In this document: one piece after another, positions 1 to 12,487 of the stretch
How the letters are laid out: each line of letters starts with the position of its first letter
Position numbering within the stretch: position 1 is the first letter of the stretch
Origin: Spongospora subterranea f. sp. subterranea
Taxonomy: Eukaryota
DNA: 33,226 nucleotides
Reading direction: 5' to 3'
Assembly (NCBI GenBank): GCA_049724395.1
Contig: JAUGWO010000012.1
Coordinates: forward strand, 186,001 to 219,226
The notes under the pieces: generated by a model
What the model saw: only the letters and a program-made list of their open reading frames with translations
Databases searched by the model: none
What the model was told of the DNA's origin: nothing
Program-made: the position numbers and the translations under genes

Positions 1-1549
1 TGCGAATTTGTGATTCTCGCACTTGAAATGGTTTCTGCTGTAGCCATATCGATTTCAGCCCAATCAACAGACGTGCCCTGAGTGGGCTCCTCGGCATCCC
101 TGGTGATGGCGACCGCATCCACAAACTCGGACTCGGCCGGGGTTAGCGAATCCTCAGCGATGAGATGGAACGCGCCGTTCCAGAAGTCGAACGTCAGCAC
201 AAGTAGGTTGGCATCGCCACAATATGAGGTGACGATGAACAGTTTCGTGGTGGACGCATGCCATTGCCCAATACATCGGTTTCGCTTCAACGAGGGCGTA
301 TTCGCCTTCAACCGCAACTAGATTGTCGTTCTGAGCGGAATCGAATACATTCCGCATAAGGATTCCTACCTGATAATCGGACCTTGACAACGACGGCGCG
401 GTCAACGATTTCGGATAATATGAGCTAATTGCCGACGTCTGAGTAAGTCAACAGCGTCAGTGTCCGCGTCGTGCCTGGCAGCGTAGACTTACAGACGTTG
501 GTTCAGGGCTGGCGTTGATGGCATAGATGTGGACCGTGTTGGGTGTCGGACGTGGACGCCAGAAAAGCGTCATCATGGGAGAACGATAACGACATGATTT
601 TGACGGGGGATATTCCACGACGGAACTCGTGCAACAATCTCCCATCCTTCACGTCCCAAATCTGCAGAATGAAAACCGCGATTCAGCCGTGGATCAAACG
701 ACGATTACTATTGGATTGCTCGAACCCGGATGACCGTCCCTCGTAGCGATGCAGTTGCAAGTTCGCTGCCGGCGCTACTGAACGCCATAGCCGATATACG
801 GCAGCGGTGAACTTTGAAAACGTTCACCGTCTTGAGATTGACGACGTCGAACAGCAACACGGACGTTTCATTGCTATTGGAACGATAATTAGATATTATT
901 AAGGAGACGGTTGTGCTAAACGACGATACTGGGGATATGCAATGAGGTGCTGAGCACAATGTTTTTGTGTGACCGCACACAGTCCAGTTCGGTTTTTGGA
1001 TATATCTTGGGAAAAAATCGCCGAAAGTGACTGAATATCAAACACGTACAGAATATTCTCCAGAAGAATGACGAACCTGGACAGGGCAGCAGTGAGCAGG
1101 GGAATGCGGACCGGGAAATTGAACTTTTCAGCCATTACAGGTTTGGGATGAAATTGATGAATAATATTGTCGAGCGGAAACTGATTTCGGCGGCGATGGC
1201 GTTGGTGGTGACGTTGATCAATCGAAGGACGCGAGGGGAGAATGCTGGGTCCGACCCAGTGCCAACGCATGCGACTATATTCGATAAGTCAGGTTGCAGT
1301 GGCGACAAACGCAACAGGAAACGGACCTAATGATGTCTCGTTCAACTGTGCTAGATGGCTAGCTCCACACGAGTTTTGTTCGACAATGACCTCAAAAGGA
1401 TCCAGGCCATATATCGCCACTGAATCGCTTCGTCCTATCATCAACCGCCTGATAATGACGATGGCAATCAGCAAGATTGGAAGCCGCAAGCGCAGAATCA
1501 CTGACGAGGATTCCGGGGTGAATCCGACAAAGATTACAGGATCAGACAT
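1..1549 (-). CDS. ATG18: ATG18/WIPI-family PROPPIN (WD40 phosphoinositide-binding autophagy protein), multi-exon, 3' end beyond window start
   Basis: Spliced translation gives family motifs: SPRVLRLIN, LLENILYVFDI, GLCAV..IAYP, VHRCRISAMAFSSAGSELATASLRGTVIR, and the lipid-binding FRRG (HEFRRGISPVKIMSLSFS), then TVHIY. GT-AG introns of about 50 bp. One apparent +1 frameshift at 541-543. Confidence 0.85.
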
Positions 1550-1595
1550 TTCTTGGGAGAACAGAAACAGCCCTGGGGTTCCAGGTCTTGATATA

Positions 1596-1904
1596 TCAGG
1601 GCAGTTTGGTGGGTGGCGATGATCTGAACACTGGCTGTAGGGTTCATTCTACACAGTAGACAATCTCACGATACCACTTACGGAGTGCCAAAAACGGTGC
1701 GTGGTGCGTTAACGTTTTTGGTCAATGAGCGCCGCGTTGGCCCAGTCGACGTTACGGCCCCCCTCTGTCATGCCGCTTGGCGTCGTTGATCATCAGTGGC
1801 CTTCTCTCTCGGCCGTTTGAGGGGTTTATCGGAGCGCACCTGTCGTCTCCGAACGCGTTGCTCTATCGGTCCTAACACCACACGCAATCAGCTCCCAGCC
1901 CTGA
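1596..1904 (+). ncRNA. Candidate structured non-coding RNA, identity unknown
   Basis: Closing stem TCAGGGC (1596-1602)/GCCCTGA (1898-1904) encloses at least five hairpins, several with G-U pairs that work only on the plus strand. No ORF of 60 aa or more. Confidence 0.3.
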
Positions 1905-2125
1905 GTGACAACGTGAAGCCGATAGACCCGTATAATTGTCGACTTGGGATATTAGAAATGACTTAAAGGGAACATATGCAAAAATAAACACCAAAGTTGA
2001 TGTTCAAGTCTCTTTCGTTTACAAGGTATGGATTATGGGAGTTCCCTAGCAGATGGGAATGATTAGACATGCTGCGAGAACTACATTCACCAAATACAAT
2101 AATGAATAATAATAAATTTAATGCA

Positions 2126-5100
2126 TCAATCTCTGGCTCGTCTTTGCCTCCTTTTCGGGCTTTGAACAATTGTGAACGCTCCTTCGGCATCGGTTGGGGG
2201 CTGCCATGCGAGTAGACCTTTAATCAACGGCTTTGTATCCTTCTTCTTGTAGATCGAGTCCAGCATAGGACTACCATAGACCCGATCATTGGTGCTACGA
2301 TAATCCCAAATCGCATGTCTGGGTATCGGGACTGCCGGAACTGCTTGCAAACAAGCAATCATGGATTCTCGTTGGGCAGGCGTATACACTTCGACCAACT
2401 CGTTTCTGTGCACAGCACTGAAAAACACGGAAAGATGTCGTAAACCACCGTACAATACCTGATAGAAGACGTATAACAGCCTTCAAGAGACGGCAAACAA
2501 ACAGTGCCCCGTTTAGCGTTGTGAGCGGCCGCATCTGGTCGATCTAGTGATTGCTTGAACCAGAGCATCAAGGCACCCCAGATAAACGCCTATGAATCGT
2601 CATTTACGAATGCAATCCGCAAAAGATGGGGTTGATGGACAGCCGACCTGTGTGTAAGGTTTAGGGGTCAGCAGCGCTTCATCATCAGGATTGGTAATAT
2701 TGAGACCCAGCTCTGAGAAATGAACTGAAGGGGATTTTACAATTGGATAACTGTGGAGAACGGATGACGTTCGTCAGACGAACAAGCGTATAGTCAAGTC
2801 GGTTGGTGCCACCTTACTTAATCATACAATAAAACGTGTCTGTATATGCATACATGTGGACAATATCGGCTGCAACATGGTGGAAGCACGATGCCGACGG
2901 CGGCATTGAGCGGAGGAGATCACGGAAATCTATCAAAGATGACACCATTTCGCGACGAGACGTAACCTAAGCCATGAATTCAATCGTTCAACAAGAGATT
3001 CCGTAACAGAGACCGACCTTGGAACTCGTGCATTCTGCTAGTCGAATAAGATCAACATCGTCAAGAAGCGGCCGGATCTTCTTTGCCGCAGAAGAGATAA
3101 TCGAGTCATCAGAGTTCCACACGCGATCGATAACTTCCTCATTAGACAGCAGCCGAAGGGGTGGCTCGTTGACGCCACCGGCTTCACGCAACACATATTT
3201 CACCTACGTCGACATCTTACGCCACTGATCGGCAGATAATTCATTATTTCAACGCTTACTTTATCCAAACAGACGGCTAAACATTGTATACGAACTTTCT
3301 GTCACCCCAAGGGTGTCAAATTCGGCTGCTTCCCTGGTGTAGTTGAATTTACTGAGCTGCATAAGTTCATTCGGCAGCGTCGCTTTCTCGAACTCGATAT
3401 ATTCCACAATCAATGCTGCATACTTGACAGCCCATTCTGGCAATCCATCAAGCACCGACCCAAGCAAACGCCTATGAAAGACACGATCCAAGACATTGAA
3501 CCTGAAAGCCAGTGGACAAGCGGGAAGCAAGACGAACCATGTTGACAGTCTTGACCGGTCTTGAGCATTGAGCGGTTCAGAACACGCTCGAAGCAAAAGT
3601 GCAGTCCGATGAGCAAATCCATGATGAACACTAATTGAGGTTCTGAATTAGCGACAATCAGACAGACAAGTTAAACCATACTTTAGAACATGTTGGAAGG
3701 TATCCGGCCCAGCAAAGTGGACGTATCGTCCTCGACAGATAGACCAACCGCAAAAGCAAAGAGCATTTTTGGCCTCATCTGGGCTTTCAGTGACGCTGTG
3801 GTAATCGAAGGTTAATTCCTCATTGGGTGCAATGTCTCGCAATGCCAGAACCTGTATATGATGATTGAATGAAACTATCGAATCGAGGACACGCTCCAAC
3901 GTACAACAATCGCAAATCGGCCGCCGGAAGCGATGACAACACTGGTGCAGTTTGGACTGCAACTGTGTGAGAGGCGTGAAGCGAAATTGCCTTTGCGACA
4001 AGCGTCAACGTAGAGAACGTCGTATCCTTGAAGATCATCTTTGTGTCTTTCAAGCAATATATTATAAAATCCGAACGAAAACGGCATCATGTAGACCTGA
4101 ATAAGATGATAAGCCCATTTAAGGAACCCTAGTTTTCGGTAAACCGAACCTTCTGAAATTGCTTGAGCACTGCCTGTTTCTCAAACCAACGCCAAGGAGG
4201 ATATACTTCTCCGACATATTCAACAATAAACTCATTCTTTTTGAACCCGACTGGGTTGATACAAACTACGCCATGGCCTTTGTCATACACAGGAAGTGAC
4301 AAACCTGTGGTTACGTTGTTACGATTTCAATATTGATTTTCTTTTGATACGAAGAATACCTGCTTTAAGATCATGAATTAAAGATTGTGCTCTATTTTGA
4401 GTTGTGGTATCGCCGACTTTTGAGGAATCAGCAGCAAGTGCCTAGCAAATCAAAGCAACTTAACAGTCTCGACGAAACGGTGAAGTCCAAGTTACCTTCA
4501 TTGAACACATCATATGCAGTTTTCTTCTGTCGCCCTTTTCATCAGATGGAATATGCATATTGATATATCGCAATACCTTCGTCTCGATGAATGAACTGAG
4601 TTCCTCCGGGGTAGCAGACGTTGCTGAGAGAGCCTATGTAGAGATCAGGAACGAGCGCGTTGCCCGATACTGAAGGGCGCCCACCTTGCGTATCAACGAA
4701 TGTGTGTGCGCATCAATACCGAATACGCTCCTCTTATCGATATCCACCCCAATCCGTTTGCCGCGATGCTCCGACACTCCACGATTAAGACAAGATTCAG
4801 GTGCACATGCACAACCACTTCCACATTCGACCGAGTTCGCCCTGGAAAAGCGGGTCAGTGAGAAACAGGAAACGGATTTTGGACCTAAAGTACCTATCAG
4901 GCGCACAGGATTCGAAACGTCCCTTATTCACATCAAACGCACCGATGTCTTCCAATGTACTACAGTGAAGACCATCGCACGAGCCAATCTTATCCGTCGA
5001 CAGCTTCTTTAGCAGAATCTCGTCGTCGACCGCCATGACCGACATTTCCAGTGTCTCATACGGATGGATCAACGGCGGGATCTGGATAATATGCACGTTA

Positions 5101-6416
5101 AGCTGAGGCAAAGAACGGGCAACAACAACAACGGAAACCTCCTCTGGCTCGAAGACACGTTTGGCGTCGGTAATCATTCTATCCACGTAATTTAGCATGG
5201 ACTCGGCTTGTTGATAAAAGACGGTGAGAGGATGGTTGTATCTCATGCAATTATGAAATATCAGATCGATATCGGACCTGATCGCGTTCAGATTCTGGAC
5301 AGTAAACAACGATCAATTGACCACAACTCCGCCTTACACCCAAACCAACAAACCTGATATCTGCTCCTAAGTATGTTTCGATGAATTGTCGAGAAATCCA
5401 TGGGTTGAGCGATAACCTCTAGATAATCCGGCACCTGCGCTGGAAATTAAGGATTTTGGAAAGGTCGCATTGTTTGGGGCGATGACGGGTACCAATTTGG
5501 TGTCGACAGGATGGTGGAAAAACTTGTACTTATCCCGTTTCTTGAGTTTATCGTACAGTTCCAGGAACAGATTCTTCCTGGCCAGATCCCGTACCGCTTT
5601 CTCTGATTGCTGGGCGGTCAACAGATTCGCGACAGGATTAGCAACCTGAACATTGTAGAGCAACGTCATCAATCAATTGTCGTAAACTATCAACGCCGAT
5701 CCGACCTGGGTTTCAGTTTTGCACACCTTGTTATCCGAAACAGACCGATCTTTCAGCACCGATTTCTTGACTGTAATTTTGAATTTCTTGACCGATACAA
5801 TGGGATCCGCCTTGATCGAAGGCCTTCTGATTCGTTTAGCTTTCTGTCTCCGTGCTGCGGTAAATTCGCCATTTCAGCAAAAACCGATCCGACAAACGCA
5901 ATGTCTCCGTTGGTGATTACCGGAATTGCTTTTCCATTCCAAGGAGTTTTGGATCGCATCGTTCATCAGTTCGGTGAGCAATCGATCGATCTGGGAAGCT
6001 CTTACGAATTTCGAAAACATGATGTTTGACGTGATTAGTGGCGCCGTCTCTGGCGTCATGCCGATTGTTTCCGTTTTCACCGCCACATCTTCTTGATGGT
6101 CGATCATATCAGACATCATCTGCAAGAAATGTTGAAAACGATATTCAATATTTTTTGTGAAAAAAAGCCAGCGAGAATGACGATTGTGAATCTAAATTCA
6201 GGAAATAATTTGACTTTGCAGCTCATTGCAAAATACCATGGATTTGCCAGAGAAAGATGCGGGAATGGGAGGGGGGCGATCATTTTCTCCAAAAATGGAG
6301 TCTCGTACGGATTGAGGATGGCTATATGGCACATATACGGCAGGAATAGTGGGAGAAGGCGTATCGAATGGCATCGATTGGCGCCCATCGGCGCCATGCA
6401 GACCCGGGTTGTCCAT
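2126..6416 (-). CDS. ATXR3: Bromodomain + ATXR3/SDG2-like SET-domain histone lysine methyltransferase (probable H3K4), multi-exon
   Basis: Bromodomain (FFHHPVD..VPDY..PMDF..DIDLIFHNCMRYN); pre-SET ECGSGCAC..CLNR; SET (KGHGVVC, EYVGEVYPPWRWFEKQ, FYNILLERH..GYDVLYVDA, NFASRLSHSCSPNC, ELTFDYHSVTES, CFCG..CRG); ATXR3-like C-terminus (RGTVCLP, VYGSPMLD). Start codon uncertain. Confidence 0.8.
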
Positions 6417-6513
6417 GGGCCCCTCTTCGGATGGCGGGTCGACCACGAACGACCAGGAAGAGGTTGTCAGGTGCGTGGCAAAGGCCGAACAGAGGCCACT
6501 CATTTTGTATACA

Positions 6514-6680
6514 CTGGTCACTGAGCACCGTCATGGGCTGCGGGCACCGCCTTACTGGTCACATAGTGGGGGGCACCTCCCAACTGGTCACACAGTGTGA
6601 AGGCGCCGCCCATCTGGTCACTGAGTGGGGGCACCGCCCAACTGGTCACACGGTGTGAAGGCGCCGCCCATCTGGTCACT
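6514..6680. repeat. Short GC-rich tandem repeat (about 29-bp period, 58-bp dimer unit) with CTGGTCAC core
   Basis: CTGGTCAC at 6514, 6555, 6584, 6614, 6642 and 6672; two near-identical 58-bp units. Confidence 0.85.
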
Positions 6681-6759
6681 CCATCGAATCCATTGTCGTT
6701 GTGATTGTTGTCACTGCATCAACCATCTCTGACAAGGCTGGCATCGCTTGTTGTAGTCG

Positions 6760-7429
6760 ATTTTCCGCCGGGTTACAAGCCTGGCTGACTGCTTGGCATA
6801 AGTCGTTTGGCTGGAAATTGGGTCAAGTAAATATATTTTATCAAAAGCCATTGTTATGTAAACATCTCATTTTTTAAGCTCAGGCTTGAACCCATTCACA
6901 CAGCGGCATCATTGTTTGATATAAGCGCGTGTCATTTCCGTCTGTACTGTTATCGTCGGTTCGATGTCGTTTTATTTAAAGCTTTCACGGGAAGAGAGAC
7001 TAAACTTGACACGGTCGTCACGAATCACAATCAATACGACAACCTTCATGAGCGCGCCAGAAATGCCAGCGACTGCTCAGAAACGCAGCTCAACCCATTC
7101 TTGACGAAGGATGCCGACATCCGCTTCTTCAGTCGACAAATTGGGACAAATTGGCAGCCGACGAGTTCAGTTCTCAGCCAGCCCTGACCAACTCATCGCA
7201 CTAACCAAATATGCCGGATCATGAGCCGGAGTTTGACGTGGCAGTGCTGGACGTGGCGAATGCTTTCCTCGATCAAGTTCACGATCTATGTAGAAAGATG
7301 CCGCCGCTGCCTGACTTTGCGCAAGATTCGCGGCGGCAACGCCAACAATCACGTCGGCTTGTGAACCGACTCGTTGATGGCGATTCCCCAGCTGGCAAAT
7401 ATAGTATTCATAATACTTCCCATTCATAA
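6760..7429 (+). CDS. Hypothetical small spliced gene
   Basis: Coding-like ORF segments (6912-7187, 7211-7429) and plausible GT-AG introns; no recognisable domain; structure unresolved. Confidence 0.3.
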
Positions 7430-7568
7430 ATCCGAACCTTGTGTCGACTTGTTGCCGGCCAATTGCCAGACCCTGTATGCGACGGTGTTTTATCGCCATA
7501 GCCACACCGGATATAGTACAGCACCAGGTCGAGTTTCGGTGGGGGAACTGGGATCACGCGATCCGGCC

Positions 7569-10450
7569 ATGTCGAAATCTGGTTTTTGGGTTCCGGGGAC
7601 GTCCGGTCCTGGTGTCGCTCAGGATCGTGATGCCGATCAGCATCAGCCGGTGATCTTCAACCCCTTGGCCCATATGACCATTTCAAGCCAGCGACGCGAA
7701 TTGGCCATCTATCAGCATCGTCAGTGCACTGTGTTTGTTCAACAGTTCAACGATTACTTTCGTTTTTGCTGTCGAATGAGCTTTGGTCAAATTCGTCGTA
7801 TTCTCACCCTGAGCTTTTTTATGTATCTAGGTTTGGAAGTGCTTTATGCTGTTGAACGATATTCATGCGTTATTGTTAGTGGTCAAGCTGGGTCTGGTAA
7901 ATCAACGCAAATACCACAATACCTTGTAAGTGGATTTTGTTCATGAACTTGAATCCTTAATTCTAATTTTATTCGGTTTTCAGAATGAAACTGGATGGAG
8001 TCGAAACGGTTATCGCATCATCTGTAGTCAACCGAGGCCGTTAGTGTTCTGAACCGAATTGGTTCTCGTATCTGATGGGTTATCGTCGCTATAGTTTATC
8101 AGCCGTCACCATTGCTGGACGGGTCGCCCAAGAAATGGGAGTGAAACTGGGCGGTCTCGTCGGATATTCCGTCCCTTTCGACGATTGCACTTCTGCGGAA
8201 ACTCAGATCCAATTCGTCACCGATCTGTTTCTGATTCAAGAAATGATGAAAGACCCACTACTCTCAGCATTCTCAGTTGTCATCATCGATGAAGCGCATG
8301 AACGTACATTAGAGACAGATATTCTAATGTTTGTGTATTTTGTTTTGCTTTTATGAGTTTCGTCCTTATTCGCCTTCAGAGGCCTGCTTCGAAAGATTTC
8401 GTTCCGTCGGCCTGATATCAAAGTGGTAATTTCCTCGGCCACTATTGATACGGAACTGTTTAAACAGTTCTTCGAAGTCAACGCCTCGGTAAAGAGCGAG
8501 GAAGCTAGAGCAGCGGTCATATCTGTAGAAGGACAGCAATATCCCGTTCAAGTATTTTTTTCAGCAACTTTTTGCACGCTCTTCTGATTTTAGCGTTCAA
8601 GGCTTTGTATGTTGCGGAACCCGTTCGTGATTATGTCACATCCTGCGTCGATCTCTGCATGAATATTCACATCAATCTTCCAGCTGGCGACATTTTGGCT
8701 TTTCTTCCCTCCAAATCCGAGGTATTCGACTGGCTTTACTGACCTTGTCTCTTTTTTGTGACTGAAATGTGCTACGCTAGGTGGATCATGTCGTTTTTCC
8801 TTCTTCGCGAGAGAATGGAAGTTGATAAGCAGTCTCGCCAACTACGGTCGCTTCCCATGTACGCCGACTTACACCATCACGAGCAAATCAAGGTTGGGGG
8901 CATGCCTGTTTGCTGTTCGATCGATGATTCACGTGGTTTTGGACAGGTCCTTGAAGGATCCGAGCGTGGCTACAGAAAGGCGATCATCAGTACCAATATA
9001 TGTGAAAGCTCAATCACTGTCCCCTCCATCGTCTACGTAATCGACAGCGGTTTCGTGAAACAATCCGCATTTGACTCCAGGACCGGGTTTCAAACATTGC
9101 ATACAGGTCTGCAAGTGATTATTGCTGCGCCAATGTTGGTTCCAATAGTTGCTGTTTAGTCCCGATATCCCAAGCAGAGGCGACCCAACGCGCAGGTCGT
9201 GCCGGGCGTGTACGATCTGGCCAGGTTTACCGATTGTACACCGAAGAGACTCTGCAGACCTTACAGGTCTGCGCTGTTGATATAATTGTTTCCACTTAAT
9301 ATGAAAGCTTTTTGGAGCTAGGAGTTTCCCTGCCCAGCAATCAGGCGTGAAAGTCCTCATACCATGGTGTTGTACTTGAAGGCCATAGGTATCGTCGATC
9401 TAGGTACAAACAGTTGTATCCGGTTTCGGATCATCGCTGAGATTCTTGATCAACAGTGCATTTCGAATACCTGGAAGCGCCATCTGTACTTGCGCTGTCG
9501 TCGGCGTTGCAATTGCTGTATTCGCTTAATGCTGTCGACGACAACGCCCAACTCACTGATGTTGGATCGTCCCTGATCGACTTGAGTGTCGTTACTCGTC
9601 TAGGGAAATCCTTGTTGGTTTCGGTTGGGTTAGCATGCAGTCAAGAAATGGTGCCTCGAATGCCATCACAAAATTATCTAAGTCTCATTGGGGTTTTCAG
9701 TGCGATATCGCCGCCATGCTCTCGGTAAATAACGTGTTCTCTCGACCCCGAAACAAGCAGTTCAGTGGGCAGGCGTTAAAAGCCCATAAAAAGTTCGCTG
9801 TTGCCGAAGGTATCTCGAGATCATTTACTTTGTCTTAGATTCAGAGTTGATTGACTAGGTGATATGATCACATTGCTCAATGTCTGGAGAGCATATGAAG
9901 ACGCTGGTAGAGCCGAATCGTGGTGCAATGACCATTTTCTCGATGTTCGCTCGTTGCGTAGAGCGTCCCAGATCAGGAAACGAATCAGATCGTCATTGCG
10001 AGGATTGGGTAATACGTCGGCCGAGTGAAAACGCGATTTTCTCATGCTTTCAAAGGCCATTCTATTGTATCTTGTGGTAATGATATCGCCCCGATAATCA
10101 AGAGCATCGCTATGGGATTCTTCATGAACTGTGCCAATCTTCAACGGGATGGAACGTATTCCACTATGTATTTGTTTCGCCTCGTGATGGTGTTGTGTTT
10201 GCTGAATACATTGTCCTTTCCAGTAGCGCACAAGGTATCTCAAAGGTGAACCTGAAAATCCATCCAACATCCGTCCTGGTCAGTGCAGTTGATCTGATTC
10301 GCGACTCGTCTTGTGACACCGTCCTAGGCCGATCAAGCACCGCAATGGGTCCTGTATTTTGACGCGATTCATACCGATCAAATCTATATCCGGGACCTCA
10401 CAAGGATCGAGCCCCACTTCCTAAAAGACATTGCACCAAACTTCTTTTGA
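7569..10450 (+). CDS. DHX35: DEAH-box RNA helicase DHX35, multi-exon
   Basis: DHX35-type N-terminus ([24 protein letters not shown]); motif [45 protein letters not shown]2/OB-fold tail ending IAPNFF-TGA at 10448-10450. Confidence 0.88.
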
Positions 10451-11153
10451 GATCGAGGATTCGAATAGATAATTAAACCTTTTCAGAATTTACCGCAACT
10501 TGAAACCTTTTACGATAGGGCGGGGATTACCGGGGCCACCGGTTGTTTCCATGGTTTATCGTTGTCGTGATGTATTGATATAATGATCCATAAATGTTTG
10601 CACTCGTCCGGGACGTTTATCTTGATCGATAATGATCATGCTCTTTTTGTCTAGGCAATGTCGCAGTATAACATACTGTTGTGAATGAGGATTGAAGAAA
10701 CCTGACGATTTAAGTGAGCATATTCCCAGGGGGCAACTCCTGCATTACTTGCCATCAACGCCACGAAAACCAGGATCTGCATCAATGGGAATTTCAGTTT
10801 CAACGATAGAAAGTTTAAGTCGCCTCTGAATTCGGTATTCTATCCAGTGATCGCTAAATGCTAATCAAGTCATTATAAGGCTGGATGTCATTGGTGGGGA
10901 AACGGTTCATTTGCCGACCTATTCTGGAGAGGAATGGACGCCACCAGGGTCATATATTGGGCAACCGCTGCCTGATCCTGATGAATCTGGTATAAGGTCG
11001 TCCCTATAGGCACAACGACCTCCCCTAGATCACCGCCCTTCTCCTCACATCTCCTTCTCTTCATCGAATCTGCTTCTCCTCTGCTCTTCTCATTCCACAG
11101 GGAGAGCCAGAGGGGCTGCGGTCGCCACGGGTAAGGTAAAACGTAAGGAAATG

Positions 11154-11488
11154 CTCGTGCACATTTATTTACCCTACATTACAAAACTCGCACCATTTTT
11201 TACCCTACCTTACAGAATTCGCACCATTATTTACCCTACCTTAGGGAACTCGCACCATTATTTACCCTACCTTACAGAACTCGCACCATTATTTACCCTC
11301 CCTTATAGAACTCGCACCAATATTTACCCTACCTTACAGAACTCGCACATTATTTACCCTACGTTACAGAACTCGCACCATTATTTACCCTGCCTTACAG
11401 AACTCGCACCATTATTTACCCTATTTTACAGAACTCGCACCATTATATACCCTGCGTTACAGAACTCGCACCATTATTTACCCTACCT
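11154..11488. repeat. 31-bp minisatellite, about 11 copies (consensus ACCTTACAGAACTCGCACCATTATTTACCCT)
   Basis: CTCGCAC core recurs at 11187, 11218, 11249, 11280, 11311, 11342, 11372, 11403, 11434 and 11465, head-to-tail without spacers. Confidence 0.95.
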
Positions 11489-11714
11489 CAAAAGTTTAAT
11501 TTTATCATGTGTAGTGAACTTTTTCCTTAACAAGTTCCTGTTTAATTTTTTGCATGATAGAATTTTTTTGTTTATTTAAGTGAATAACAGTTATTTACAG
11601 TGAAACCTCCATATAAGGTACAGCCCATAAAAGGTACAGTTCCATATATGGTACGTTTTTTTTTTCGAAATAGCAAACCCCCGGATTTTCCATAATAAAA
11701 CCTCTCTATAAAAA

Positions 11715-12204
11715 GAGTCCCCTGATTTTAGTGTGTACACACTCATTACACACTCAGAGGCCGCGCACAATTACACACTCAAATCTATTTTTGCTACTTC
11801 ATATAGAGTACAGTTTACACACTCAATGAGTACCGCACGGAGTTACCTTCAAAAAGTTACACACTCAAGCTCATATTCCACTGCAATGACCGAAATACAA
11901 AGCTTTCTGGTCAGGTTGTGTCAGATGGCTTTGCAGGCTTCGTCTGGCCCACCTTCTGGATGCAACAAGGTGAGTTGATTTGCATGATGCCAGTGAAGTT
12001 TTGTCTTCGCTATTCCATCGTAGAAGAGCACGCCGCCTTTGACAAAAACGTGACAACAGAAAGCTCCGTTTTGAGTGTGTACTTTCCACGGTGGCTCTCC
12101 GGATTCGTACTCATATATGCAGTAGCGATTTCAGATTTGAGTGTGTAATTGTGCGCGGCCTCTGAGTGTGTAGTGAGTGTGTACACACTAAAATATAGCT
12201 ATCC
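11715..12204. mobile_element. Mutator-like MITE nested in the pogo-like element
   Basis: About 60-bp near-perfect inverted repeats (11725-11786 / 12133-12194), G...C termini, and a 9-bp direct repeat CTATAAAAA at 11706-11714 and 12205-12213. Confidence 0.8.
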
Positions 12205-12369
12205 CTATAAAAAGTACAAACTCTGTTAAGTACGCAAAGTACACCCTTGGTTGGCCACGGAGTTACCTACGCTGCTCTATATATGGTCCATTTGGATCTT
12301 TCAAAATGTCGAACTCGGATCGAACCGATGGCGGCGCCCAATGAATAGTGGAATACCGATGAACCGACG

Positions 12370-12487
12370 TGTCCTGCATTAAGTCGAGCAGGGTAAGCAC
12401 TTCGAATTTTCGCGACAAAGCTTTCAAGCTTCGGATAATGCCAGCATCAAGCGGCTGTAGAACGGAGGTGAAATTGAGTGGAAAAAA
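12370..12487 (-). pseudogene. pogo-type DDE transposase fragment
   Basis: FFPLNFTSVLQPLDAGIIRSLKALSRKF matches the pogo/CENP-B DDE_1 motif (PPNTTS.LQPLD.GII..FK). Confidence 0.85.

Noticed and set aside
1596..1904. Assignment as U3, U2/U4, SRP, RNase P/MRP or telomerase RNA
   Set aside because: Only short partial resemblances; the diagnostic boxes or a template sequence were not found.
6514..6680. Regularly spaced CTGGTCAC repeats as a mini-CRISPR
   Set aside because: The intervening sequences are themselves repeated, the core is only 8 bp, and the context is eukaryotic.
10510..11128. Possible gene or transposon remnant downstream of DHX35
   Set aside because: No ORF of 60 aa or more, no recognisable motif and no matched terminal repeats could be established.
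11151..11579. 142-aa ORF, and CRISPR-like or telomeric appearance of the repeat array
   Set aside because: The ORF is a translation of the minisatellite. Units are contiguous without unique spacers, no cas genes are present, and the 31-bp unit is not a simple telomere repeat.
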